DNA from: Tubiluchus corallicola
Lineage: Eukaryota; Animalia; Priapulida
Assembly: GCA_030141605.1 (NCBI GenBank)
Contig: JAQGDQ010000427.1
Location: 62,001 to 126,000 of the forward strand
Direction of reading: 5' to 3'
DNA length: 64,000 bases
Made by a program: the position numbers and the translations under genes. The notes under the pieces were generated by a model that was given only the letters and a program-made list of their open reading frames with translations, made no database searches and was not told where the DNA came from. This document shows, piece by piece, positions 1-11,985 of this stretch. Position 1 is the stretch's first letter. Each line of letters begins with the position of its first letter.

Positions 1-504
1 TAATTATGTTAATTTTGCTTGGCTTCAATTGGAAATTGCGCTAAGGTTTCACCATTCTCATGTGTTGATGAAATAAATTAATTAGTATTACTATTACTTT
101 GACAAGTGAAATTAAATATTACTAGGTTAGTAAAAAATAAAAATACAAATAACGAATAAAATTATCCACATTAATATTGTGCTTTCGTTATCATTCTGAT
201 TTTGTTAATATTGTGTTTTTTGGTGATATCGTCCTTACTACGTTTGAGTCATTCCAACCTATGACTCAGGATCAATGTCTTTTTGTTCTTTTTACGTTGT
301 TACTCAATAAACTGTCTACTATAAGTATGAAACTATTATAATTATTGTTACTTGATATTTTTTGTAAAAAAATACATTAAACTGGCCTTTCCAAAATTAA
401 ATTCTGTGTTCGCGCCGATAAAGGCATACAGATTTTTCATTGCGAACGTTTTCACAACCGCAAAAGTTGCTTCCGCAAAAATACTCATTACGTTGTCATT
501 TGCG

Positions 505-635
505 GTATTGCGGGAAATGCGGGAAAATTTTAGTGCGAAATTTTAGCGCATTTTACACGAGGCTTTCTAGAAAGAAATCCTTTATTTCATGTAAATGGTT
601 TAAGAAAGGGGACACAGGCAGTACTGCGGAAAATG
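505..635. repeat. Single monomer of the 102-bp satellite, preceded by the same ~500-bp leader module (1-505) that precedes the array at 25.5 kb
   Basis: GCGGGAAATGCGGGAAAATTTTAG...TTTTACACGAGGCTTTCTAGAAA...ACAGGCAGTA matches the arrays; 1-505 aligns by eye with 25148-25510. Confidence 0.85.
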
Positions 636-654
636 CTGTTAAAAATTAGATCTA

Positions 655-1040
655 AGCCTTGGTCAACAAACAGAGACATATTCAGAGTAACACATTTACC
701 TTTTGTTTTAACGCAGGTGAATTACATTAATTTAATTAGAATTTCAGTGAATATTTAATCAAGTTTCAATAATAAATCAGATGAGTCAGATACGTGACTA
801 ACACCGTCCTTTGTTTCTTCGCAAGCTTTCAACTCACTGATTGAGATTTCATAAATATTTAATTGATGAATCACACCTTCTGTTCTGTTACCTCAAAACA
901 CCAAGCTTATACATTTCTTTATGTTCATTCAATCTGCCATCTTTTAGCGCATAATCAAAGACTGTACTTTTTGTTTATTTTCTTCTTAATGCGTTGTTGA
1001 GCCACCGTAATCATAACGGTTGTGGTATTATAATACAATA
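655..1040. repeat. Dispersed repeat module B (copies 11595-11985, 32425-32720; partial 4690-4860, 36830-37040), usually ending in (GA)n
   Basis: Near-identical GAGACATATTCAGAGTAACACATTTACCTTTTGTTTTAACGCAGGTGAATT... in the full copies. Confidence 0.9.
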
Positions 1041-1041
1041 A

Positions 1042-1047
1042 TAGAGA

Positions 1048-1091
<44 letters not shown>

Positions 1092-1200
1092 GAGAGAGAG
1101 AGAGAGAGAGGGGGGAGAGAGAGAGAGAGAAAGAGCAAAAAGAGAAAGAGAGCGAGTGAGAGAGAGAGGGAGAGAAAGAGAAAGAGAGAATAGAGAGAAT
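1042..1200. repeat. (GA)n microsatellite
   Basis: Direct reading; similar tracts near 4860, 5540, 12798, 15345, 34500 and 37040. Confidence 0.95.
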
Positions 1201-1850
1201 CAAAATTAAATTAAATTAAATTAAATTATTTTTCAAATTAATTATAAAAATTTAGATTTTGCTTCAATGTCTATAGGTTTGGATTAAGTATACTGAAAGG
1301 TGTCAATGTCATTTCATTTTTAATATAAGTGTAACTATAATTCATCTGATGCTAATATGCGACTAAATTTGCATTAAGATTTCCAAATTTGGCAGTTTGC
1401 TGTTTCTGGAATGATAGAATGGCGCAAAGGTGTGAATTATAATGCGCCACCCCCATATTGATTGATAACGCCCCATTCAAATAGGAAAGTTTAACATCTG
1501 AGCACCTGATGTAAGACAAAGAGTTAATTTATTTAAGCAGGTACAGTGATTCACCTGATAAATTGAGCATCTGGTGTAAGGCAAAGAGCTAATTTATTTA
1601 AGCAGGTACAGGTGATTCACCTGATAAATTGAGCATCTGGTGTAAGACAAACAGCGAAGGTGTTAAATGATTCACCTGATTTATAATGTTTAATTAAATG
1701 TGCCTAAAGATTTGAACATCTGGTAAAAGAGTAAAGTGTTACAATACACACACCAGTGATTCAATCGATTGATTATGTCTGATTTCATAATATAAATGAA
1801 AGTTCAAAACTGCAGTGAGACTTTGAGCTGATAATAAAAACATTGCGGCT
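1200..1850. repeat. Dispersed module C containing ~66-bp internal tandem subrepeats (copies 5870-6205, 15454-16080, 27660-28100, 37580-38050)
   Basis: Unit GATTCACCTGATAAATTGAGCATCTGGTGTAAGACAAAGAGTTAATTTATTTAAGCAGGTACAGGT repeats at 1548 and 1614. Confidence 0.9.
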
Positions 1851-2599
1851 TATATCTTAGCTGTTTTCAGTAGCAGAGAAGAAATTTGAGGATTAGGCAA
1901 ACGTATGCATAATACTAAGTCTTGCTGGTATTATGATAAGAATATTAACATTTTCGTCTCTACCTTGTTTGATTTTTAGCTAACATTTTTGAGAATAACG
2001 GCACAGCGGAGAGGTGATTTAAGATGGAGTTTCCCAACTAATGTAATTATTATCTTGCTGTTTCTTCAACAGATTAAATTCCACAGAAAGCTAAAGGGAA
2101 AGAAAGGGCATTTTCAATGTATATCTCAAAAAAAAATTCACGCGAAAGTAATATTACTTAGAAATGCGTTTACCTATTTGAAAAACATATTTAATTGAAA
2201 AAGAGAACTCTTAATAATTTAAAATGTTGGCGCCAGCGAGTAAAACAGCTGGCGCCAAGTTAGACAGTAAGACAGTTACTCTATTTCAAGAAGAAAGTTT
2301 AAGCTTTATTTCTGAAGAGTGTTTTACGGTGCTTTAAGAATGGGAAAAATAAAGAAAAATGTAAATATTAACAGTAAAATAAAATGAAAAATGTGAAATA
2401 TGACTGTTTACAAAATGAGAAAAGGAAATTATTGATTGTTATAACTGATTACAATCCATAATTAGAAGCATTTCATCTGCTGCGCATTTCATCTGCAGTT
2501 TTCATGATGAACATTACAGGCAAACATTTTATTGACTTTAATTGGGTGTTAACTTTTTCTCCAAATTGGTTGAAACTTGTTTAGTTTAGGTAAAACTAA

Positions 2600-3235
2600 G
2601 GCCCATTTCACACAGGGTGCGCTAAGAAAAATCGGAATTGCTGTTAGAACATCAGAAAATGTTCAGAACATTTCCGTTTTTCACTCAGAAATCACGTGAT
2701 TTTTACGCGCGTCCAGCTGCGAATTGCAAACTTGTAGCGATTATATATGTAATATATTTTATTAATCTCCATCTTTTTGCTGGGCGCTTAATAATATTAT
2801 TTCAGAATTAATTATACCGTCGTTACTTATTCCATTGAATTAACTAAACAAGAGAGCAGCGTAGTATGATGAAAGGCGAACGCGAGAAATTTTACTGTTA
2901 CTCTAAAAACTAGACGAATTTTCAGAAAAGTAGAATCCTGGAAGCGTTTTTTTCTAAATGTGTGTAACATAGCCAGTTTTATAAATTTTACTCGCTGAAC
3001 CCAGGAAAAGCCGCTACCATTTCCCGCAAACATTAGCAGAAAGGGTAGAAAACGCAAAAAACAAAATGATCACAAAGTTTTTGCGCACATAATTTAAATC
3101 AAGACAAAGTTCCACGAGGAAAAATTCCTTATGAGAGGTCTTTGTGAAATACGTCATAAAAAACAATGAGTTCCATTTCTGGAGGAAAAAGATGCAAGGA
3201 ATTTGTCCTAAAGGAATTTTGCAGTGAAATGGGCT
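2600..3235. mobile_element. PIF/Harbinger-type MITE (~636 bp) with 12-bp TIRs and TAA target-site duplication
   Basis: Left TAA|GGCCCATTTCAC (2600), right GTGAAATGGGCT|TAA (3235); the left end recurs at 6662 and 17345. Confidence 0.7.
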
Positions 3236-3564
3236 TAAGGCGGGTGCTAAGACATTATGGCAGGGTTTACAGCACTCCATTGCTAATCTTTTTCCTAATA
3301 TTTTTATGTAAAACTTAATTAGCGGCAGATGTTTGAAGTAGAAAATGAATCAGCTTCTGTTTTGAGACACAAAAGCGAAACATTGCGTTTGCTATGTTAA
3401 ATATGCATCACATTATAAATTAATTAGTTTGGCATTCAGGAAACAAATTTGATGTCAGAGATCAACTGAACTGGGATTCATCTGTAACACAAAACTATCA
3501 ATACGTAACATGATCAATAATGCGTGGACACACAGTGCCTTATTTATGCAAAAAATTTAACGTG

Positions 3565-3735
3565 AGTTAAGGTAAGTATGTAATAATCTAAGGTAAAGTA
3601 AGATAAGGCAATGTAAGGTAAGATAAGGTAAGGGAAGGTGAGGTGAGGTAAGGTAAGGTAAGGTAAGGCAAAGTAAGGTGAGGTGAGGTGAGCTGAGTTA
3701 AGGTAAAGTAAGGTGAAGTGAGGTAAGGTAAGGTA
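3565..3735. repeat. (GGTAA/GGTGA)n pentanucleotide microsatellite
   Basis: Direct reading; explains the LTLPY-type ORFs. Confidence 0.95.
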
Positions 3736-3769
3736 ATGCATGTAATGCCTTGAAAATGCATGTAATTAA

Positions 3770-4860
3770 TAATGACCACGTGGAAACTTAGTCTATGTTA
3801 ATAGCGTTTCTAATACACCGCAAGTAATTGTTTAATGTGCTCATAATTTCACAATGAAGATGACAAGACAGAGCTATCAGCCCAGGGTGTCGTAAAGGTT
3901 TGATACGCCCCGCAGTATCTCAGTTGGAATACATAAAATTGAAACGCTTCTCATTTTAGTGAGTGGAGATTTGATTAAACAATGCTCTTGTATATAAGCT
4001 TATTATGTTTCTGTAAAGTGACTCTGTGTTTTTACATGTGCCTTATTTTTATTGTTCTAAGGACTGTAAATGTCTGAAATAAAATCAAATTACCCTGCAG
4101 ACCATTTCTGTCCTCTTATGACAATGCGCTTATTTTTCTGGACGATTCCTTAATGAATTTTGAAGGAATTTCACTGTCCCTTTCGTTAGGAGGCAGTGCG
4201 CAGCAATGTCCCGAAACTTGGTGTCTTTTTTATTTCGTTTTTGAGTGACTTTTTTTTATATTCTCATTTTTTAATTTTCGATTTTTGGCAGCTTTTAAAT
4301 CTTTCTTATAATTGCATGCACTTCGTAGGAATACGAAAATGGTTTTGTATAAAGCTGGCACTTTTATACAAGCAGCATTATTTGCATTGAAGTATAATCT
4401 TGTTCTATTAGAATATAAAGAGATTCAAATATAAGAAAAGGTCTAGTCTTAAAATGATTAATTTTCTATTATGTAAACATCTTATTTTATATACGTATAT
4501 ACGTCTTTTCTATCACTAAATGACTTACAGCAGTCTGTGAGCAACGAAATTGAAATCAATGTCTACTTTTTTATTCTGACCGTATGGTCTGTAACTAACA
4601 GCCTCTGCCGTCATTAAATATTTCATCAACTTCTGCTTCAAGCTCTGCAGAGATCGATTCTATTAAAGTCAATGTAAATCCTAAAAAACTGATAATTAAT
4701 TGATAGTTAATTTAGTTAGATGCATCTATTAAATGAATCAGATCTTTTGTTCTGTTACCTTAAAACACTAACCTTATTTCTTGCTTTTTGTTCATTCAAT
4801 CTGCCATCGAAATCATAACGGTTGTGGTATAATAAAATAACAATAGAGATATGGAGATCA
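3770..4860. repeat. Module D, ~1.1-kb duplication (second copy ~35855-37040)
   Basis: Colinear similarity, e.g. TATAAAGCTGGCACTTT...CAAGCAGCATTATTTGCATTGAAGTATAATC in both copies. Confidence 0.9.
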
Positions 4861-4891
4861 GAGAGAAAGAGGGAGAGAAAGAGCGAGTGGG

Positions 4892-4924
<33 letters not shown>

Positions 4925-6214
4925 CGCGTTCATAATCTTGAATGTTAAAACTTGAAAGACAGAAAATTTGCTGCACAAAATGTTGTATCGAAATTTAATT
5001 ATTTGTGGGTTCGTAACGTCAAGCCATTGATATGTCTCATTTAAAACTACAGGGAGTCGAGTCTGTACAGTGCTCTACAGTGCCGACCAACCTGCTAGTC
5101 AGAAATTTAAGAGGGGGGGACATGTGGTGAGCATCACAAACGAGCCATTGTTGAAGAACTGACGCAGCACAGTGCATAATAAATTACAATTTCTTCATTT
5201 TTATTTATTTATTGATATTTATGTAAACCTCTAATATTCTAATGTCGCAAAAACATGCCCAAATTTTTATTACGATTTTATAAAAATGAAATAACGGAAT
5301 TTCATGAAATTAAGACGCTGATGCTGCACTCCAAACTAATTAATAATTAATACGTGACTAATACTGCCTGCCTCCCTTTGTTTTAACATCATTTTGTATT
5401 CCATACATATTTAAACTGTAATTAGTTCAGTTAGATGCTTCAGATAAATGACTCACACCTTCTGTTTATATTTGCTCAAGCACAAACCTGATTTAATATT
5501 CTACGCTTATTTAATGAGTGCGTTTTCTTAATTCACTGAGAGTGAGAGAGAGAGAGAGAGAGACAGAGAGAGAAATGAATAGATACTGTACTCACACAGC
5601 ACTTATTTTATACCTGGATCAAAAAACATATAAAAACCAGAGAAAATGTATATTATGTTTTAGCTTACAATAATTAGGGAATACATACATGATGTATAAG
5701 TGTGTTTCTAAAAAAATCTAATAAAGTTTTATATTGCTGAGGATCGTTCACGTTGTCAAGTAGAAAAGCGTCATTGTCAATAAAAATATTACTATGATTC
5801 CCCTGATTGCTAACGTTCAACTAAACTTGCATTAAGTGTTAAAATTTGGTGTGAAACAAAAGTGAAGATGTTAATCAGGTTTCGTGATTCACCTGTTAAA
5901 CTGAGCATCTGGTATAAGACAAAGAGTTAATTTATTTAAGCAGGTACTGGTGTTTCACCTGATAAACTGAACATCTGTGATGTAAGACAAAGAGTTAATG
6001 TATTTAATGGCAGGCACAGGTAATTCACCTGATAAATTGAGCATCTGTGGCGTAAGACAAAGAGCGAAGGTGTTAAATAACGTTTCAATGATTCACCTGA
6101 TTTATAATGTTTAATTAAATGAAAGTGAAAATTTGAACATCTGCTAGAAGAGTAAAGTGTTATCATACACACACCAGTGATTCAATCGATTGATAATGTC
6201 TGATTGAATAAGAG

Positions 6215-7167
6215 AGGTGTTTGCGCATCTATGGCACGCCGCGCAGCTACGTCACAGCCAGTATGGCAGAAACGCGATACAGTACAAATTAAAATGGCGG
6301 TGTTGTTGAACACATACTGTATACTATCATTTAATAGGGCACCATACTCTAAATTTAGCGCACTACGCATGGCTTCTTCAGGTCTGCTTATTCATTACGT
6401 ATTTGGCTTCTGCTAAATACTTAATTAGTGCATAATGCTCTATACTGCAGGCTCGGCCTATATTAACTGGTTGTATGATTGTGAATGATGACAGCAGGAA
6501 CCTGTCAAAACATTCAGCTTCATTTTAAGTTTTTAATTTAAAAGTTTTAATAAAGTTGTTTTTTAACTATAAATGACTTTGAGTGCCTGTAATAATTATT
6601 GACTTTAATTGGGCATTAACTTTTTCTCCATGTTAGTTGAAACACGTTTAAGTAAAGCTAAGGCCCATTTCACAATGGGTGCGCCAAGGAAATGTGGTAT
6701 TGTGTCAGGAAATTAGAAAATTTTCAGAGCATTTTCAAACACATTCGCGAAAACCCAAGCAGCAAGAAAATTCATTTCACGCAGAAACGGCGTGATTTTG
6801 ACGCACGTCCAGCGGTCAAATTACTTGCAATTTTAGTGAATCAGCAAAACAAGAGAGCAGCATTGTATGTTGAGAGGAGGCAGGTGAGAGACTATCGGGA
6901 GAAATTCTACAGTTACGTTACAACTATAGGACACTTTCATGAGTTATTTGTTTTCCTGCTGGACTCCTTTATAAGAAAAAATAAACTTTAAAGCATGAGA
7001 TTGGAGTGCAAGTATTCATATTATATAAATCTTTACTGCATAAGTTATACATATTACTGGCTTCAGTCAGCAGATGAGTGTGCTGGTAAATTATTTCCAG
7101 TAGACCTAACCAGATCTTATTGTAAACTGAAGTAATTCTTAATGCAGACTTTTTAATTGCACCTGTC
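6215..7167. repeat. Module F (second copy ~16968-17853): Kolobok-like subterminal piece, Penelope-like 3' end and Harbinger left end, leading directly into the 102-bp satellite
   Basis: Colinear high identity between the copies; both end in GCACCTGTCAATTTTAGCGCATTTTACACG. Confidence 0.9.
6370..6575 (+). mobile_element. Penelope-like element 3' end with a degenerate hammerhead motif
   Basis: Aligns with the reverse complement of 41360-41660; TGAATGATGACAGCAGGAACCTGTCAAAACATTC is a mutated CTGATGA...GAAAC core, followed by AATAAA. Confidence 0.6.
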
Positions 7168-9271
7168 AATTTTAGCGCATTTTACACGAGGATTTCTAGA
7201 AAAAAGCCTTTGTTTCATGTTAATGGTTTAAGAAAGGGTCAACAGGCAGTATTGCGGTAAATGCGGGAAAATTTTAGCGCGTTTTACACGAGGCTTTCTA
7301 GAAAAAAGCCTTTGTTTCATGTTAATGGTTTAAGAAAGGCTAAACAGGCAGTATTGCGGGAAATGCGGGAAAATTTTAGCGCGAAATCTTAGGCAGTATT
7401 GCGGGAAATGCGGGAAAATTTTAGCGCATTTTACACGACGAGGCTTTCTAGAAAAAAACCTTTGTTTCATGTTAATGGTTTAAGAAATGGTAAACAGGCA
7501 GTATTACGGGAAATGCGGGAAAATTTTAGCGCATTTTACACGAGGCTTTCTAGAAAAAAGCCTTTGTTTCATGTTAATGGTTTAAGAAAGGGTAAACAGG
7601 CAGTATTGAAGGAAATGCGGGAAAATTTTAGCGCGAAATTTTAGCGCATTTTACACAAGGCTTTCTAGAAAAAAGCCTTTGTTTTATGTTAATGGTTTGA
7701 GAAATGGTAAACAGGCAGTATTGCGGGAAATGCGGGAAAATTTTAGCGCATTTTACACAACGAGGCTTTCTAGAAAAAAAGCCTTTGTTTCCTGTTAATG
7801 GTTTAAGAAATGGTAAACAGGCAGTATTGCGGTAAATGCGGGAAAATTTTAGCGCGTTTTACACGAGGCTTTCTAGAAAAAAGCTTTTGTTTCATGTTAA
7901 TGGTAAACAGGCAGTATTGCAGGAAATGCGGGAATATTTTAGCGCGAAATTTTAGCGTATTTTACACGAGACTTTTTAGAAAAAAGCCTTTGTTTCATGT
8001 TAGTGCTTTAAGAAAGGGTAAGCAGGCAGTATTGCGGGAAATGCGGGAAAATTTTAGCGCGAAATCTTAGGCAGTATTGCGGGAAATGCGGGAAAATTTT
8101 AGCGCATTTTACACGACGAGGCTTTCTAGAAAAAAACCTTTGTTTCATGTTAATGGTTTAAGAAATGGTAAACAGGCAGTATTACGGGAAATGCGGGAAA
8201 ATTTTAGCGCATTTTACACGAGGCTTTCTAGAAAAAAGCCTTTGTTTCATGTTAATGGTTTAAGAAAGGCTAAACAGGCAGTATTGCGGGAAATGCGGGA
8301 AAATTTTAGCGCGAAATCTTAGGCAGTATTGCGGGAAATGCGGGAAAATTTTAGCGCATTTTACACGACGAGGCTTTCTAGAAAAAAACCTTTGTTTCAT
8401 GTTAATGGTTTAAGAAATGGTAAACAGGCAGTATTACGGGAAATGCGGGAAAATTTTAGCGCATTTTACACGAGGCTTTCTAGAAAAAAGCCTTTGTTTC
8501 ATGTTAATGGTTTAAGAAAGGGTAAACAGGCAGTATTGAAGGAAATGCGGGAAAATTTTAGCGCGAAATTTTAGCGCATTTTACACAAGGCTTTCTAGAA
8601 AAAAGCCTTTGTTTTATGTTAATGGTTTGAGAAATGGTAAACAGGCAGTATTGCGGGAAATGCGGGAAAATTTTAGCGCATTTTACACAACGAGGCTTTC
8701 TAGAAAAAAAGCCTTTGTTTCCTGTTAATGGTTTAAGAAATGGTAAACAGGCAGTATTACGGGAAATGCGGGAAAATTTTAGCGCATTTTACACGAGGCT
8801 TTCTAGAAAAAAGCCTTTGTTTCATGTTAATGGTAAACAGGCAGTATTGCAGGAAATGCGGGAATATTTTAGCGCATTTGACACCAGGCTTTCTAGAAAA
8901 AAAGCCTTTATTTCATGTTAATGGTTTAAGAAAGGGTAAACAGGCAGTATTCCGGGAAATGCGGGAAAATTTTAGCGCGAAATTTTAGCGCATTTTACAC
9001 AAGGCTTTCTAGAAAAAAGCCTTTGTTTCATGTTAATGGTTTGAGAAATGGTAAACAGGCAGTATTGCGGGAAATGCGGGAAAATTTTAGCGCATTTTAC
9101 ACAACAAGGCTTTCTAGAAAAAAGCCTTTGTTTCCTGTTAATGGTTTAAGAAATGGTAAACAGGCAGTATTACGGGAAATGCGGGAAAATTTTAGCGCAT
9201 TTTAAACGAGGCTTTCTAGAAAAAAGCCTTTGTTTCATGTTAACGGTTTGAGAAAGGGTAAACAGGCAGTA
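7168..9271. repeat. 102/115-bp satellite array 1 (~20 monomers) with higher-order duplication
   Basis: 34-codon periodicity in the ORF track (REMRENFSAFYTRLSRKKPLFHVNGLRKGKQAVL); ORFs 7399-7644 and 8329-8574 are identical, 930 bp apart. Confidence 0.97.
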
Positions 9272-10583
9272 CAGCAGGTTCTCGAAAACCGTAAACATTT
9301 CAACAAATTGTCAAATTGTCAAAGAAAATGCATAAAAATCAGACCCAATTTTACAGAAACGTTGAAAAAAGTAAAATTAAAAACAAAACTAAATATTTTT
9401 TTATTTTGGCTGTCGCGAAATTTAATGGTTCATTGCCTGTTATTTAAATTTAATGACTAGAAACCACAGATAATTTTAGTTGTGGTTTTAGTTAAGCTAG
9501 TTTCTAAAATACTACAGCTTTCTCTTGCACCAAGTTTGACAATCAATGTCTTAAGTTAACATGATCTTGTAATCAAATTTGCTTACATTTATGACACTGT
9601 TTATAGATACTTGAAAATGGTTAGCCATTGATTGTTGATTGTTAGGTAATACATTCGCTAATGAGGTAGTTGGATTAGTCTTGCCTTTGTTGTGCTGATA
9701 AGTGGCTTACTCTGTTTATCTGGTGCAGTGTAAAGTAAATAACGAAACAGTTCTCGAGCGTTTGTGGTGCGTTAGATTCTAAAGTAATTTAGCGATTTTT
9801 GGCATTTGTCAGGCTAATTTGTTTTCATTTAAATAATTAATAGCGGATGAATCACAAACGTTAATTTTGTGATAAAATGATTCTCGTAAACTTGTGTTGG
9901 ATGAATGTGCAGCCATTTTGTATAGTTTTAGTTCATACCGTTCTTTACTGTAACAGCTCATACTTCTGAAACTCAGTAAAGAAATACAAGCTTCATTTAA
10001 TAATGTTAATTTCTTATTATTTTGACACAATTCTGTTCAGAATCTCTCATTTTGCTCGAGTCTTTCTCACAAATTCGTGAATTCACAAAATAGTTCACTT
10101 AAATACTGGGGATTACCTGAAACCACAGAAAACATAATAATTTTACGTAAAAATGGCGTTTCCTGTCATCCATTATTCTTTCCGCGCCCTACATATGTGC
10201 AACCTTCTCATTATAGGTACGATTATTAAAGAAAAGTTGTACAGACAGCAACGAATTCTCAGAATTGAGCACGATGCTTTCTAACACAATTCATAAGTTT
10301 TTAGCCTAGAACAATCTGGTTGGCTACTGTTTAAACGCTTGCAAACCAAAAAATTCCATTGTTTGTGGAACTCATTATATTGCAAAAAATATAATTTAGT
10401 TCGGTTATAAATTAAACTGCTTATTATATTGTTATTGATATTACCAGTATCGTACAACATGTAGCTATTTTTGCAACAATTTCAAAATTACCAGATAACA
10501 GTCTTCAAAATTTGCAGCATAAGCATTAATATATTCATTGAGTGTTAATTTTCTCACATGAGTGTGTGAGTGAGTGTGTGTGT

Positions 10584-10619
<36 letters not shown>

Positions 10620-10719
10620 GTGCGTGCGTGTTTGCGTAAAGAACGCCGTGCGCTTTGCTCATACGCATAGCGTTCATGAACGCACGGAAGCAGTCAGTTA
10701 TGCGCGACGCGTAATCTTT

Positions 10720-10850
10720 TGAATCAGGACTGTACTAGCCACTCAAGACTAACTGATACTTATATTTAGTCCGTCTTCTCACGCCTCTTTTCCAACGGGA
10801 TTGTAGTAGTCACTCAACACTACTTGATACTTATATTTAGTCCATCGTAG
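10720..10850. repeat. About two monomers of the 72-bp satellite, followed at 11130-11590 by the module that also follows the main array (32050-32420)
   Basis: CAGGACTGTACTAGCCACTCAAGACTAACTGATACTTATATTTAGTCCGTCTTCTC matches the 29.5-32 kb unit. Confidence 0.85.
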
Positions 10851-11985
10851 TCCATCACTCTACGAAGTTCCAAACTCACATTCATTCTCACCTCACAACT
10901 CTTAATACCCTGTTAGAGAGAAAAATTGGCTCAACCTTGTCTTAAAATCCAGTTGAGGAATTTCTTGTGAAGTTTTAAAGACGTCGAGCTCTAGCTCTTT
11001 TCGTGTGATGTATTTACACTTGCGTTCTTGTATTTGATCTTCTACCTTCATTTCTTAGGTTCTTCTAATTATGAATTTGATCCTAAAAGTCAAGAAAAAA
11101 GAAAACCATCATTAAGTGGCCTCTACCACCAAGGTGTTTTAATGATGCTAATTTATGAAAATTTATGTAAAAATATTAACACTGTATCATGTTATAAAGG
11201 AAAAGAAGAACCGATGCATCACTAATAGGTTTCACACAATATTTGTTTGAAGTAAAGAAAAGTTATGCAAATTCAGGAAGCTGAATCTGTTTTTCCTGGA
11301 ATTGTAACAGGCACTGGAACTGGAAGTGTTTCTACGTGCTAAGAGCCACTAAATGAAAGTATCTAGTTTTTTAATGACATATTTTGTTTTTAATGTCTTT
11401 GTGTTTCTATGCGATAGTTTTAATTCAATTATTTAATTGATTTTTTTTATTGTTTTGGGTTTGGCTTTCTAGTTTGGCTTTTTAGTGAATATTAAATTGA
11501 TTATTTAATTGATATTTTGGGGATTTGGTGCATGTCTGCATCCGATGAGATATAAAACTGTTAATAATTATAGCTTCATGTGTATTAATTCTAAACCTTA
11601 GTCAATGAATAGAGACATATTCAGAGTAACACATTTACCTTTTGTTTTAACGCAGGTGAATTACATTAATTTAATTAGAATTTCAGTGAATATTTAATCA
11701 AGTTTCAATAATAAATCAGATGACTCAGATACGTGACTAACACCGTCCTTTGTTTCCTCTCAAGCTTTCAACTCACCGATTGAGATTTCATAAATATTTA
11801 ATTGATGAATCACACCTTCTGTTCTGTTACCTCAAAACCCCAAGTTTATGCATTTCTTTAAGTTCATTCAATCTGACATCTTTTAGCGCATAATCAAAGA
11901 CTGTACTTTTTGTTTACTTTCTTCTTAATGCGTTGTTGAGCCACCGTAATCATAACGGTTGGGGTATAATAATACAATAATAGAG

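Noticed and set aside
7168-9271. CRISPR-like appearance of the regularly spaced repeats (also the 72-, 71-, 43- and 33-bp arrays)
   Set aside because: Units are contiguous tandem copies without unique spacers, there are no cas genes, and the context is eukaryotic
7399-9460. Many MREMRENFSAF... ORFs as a peptide gene family
   Set aside because: They are translations of a 102-bp satellite with frequent frame-breaking indels (13-bp variant, variable A-runs)
9790-10120. Minus-strand coding-like stretch after a CAG acceptor
   Set aside because: Several stops and no recognisable motif; cannot be supported without a search
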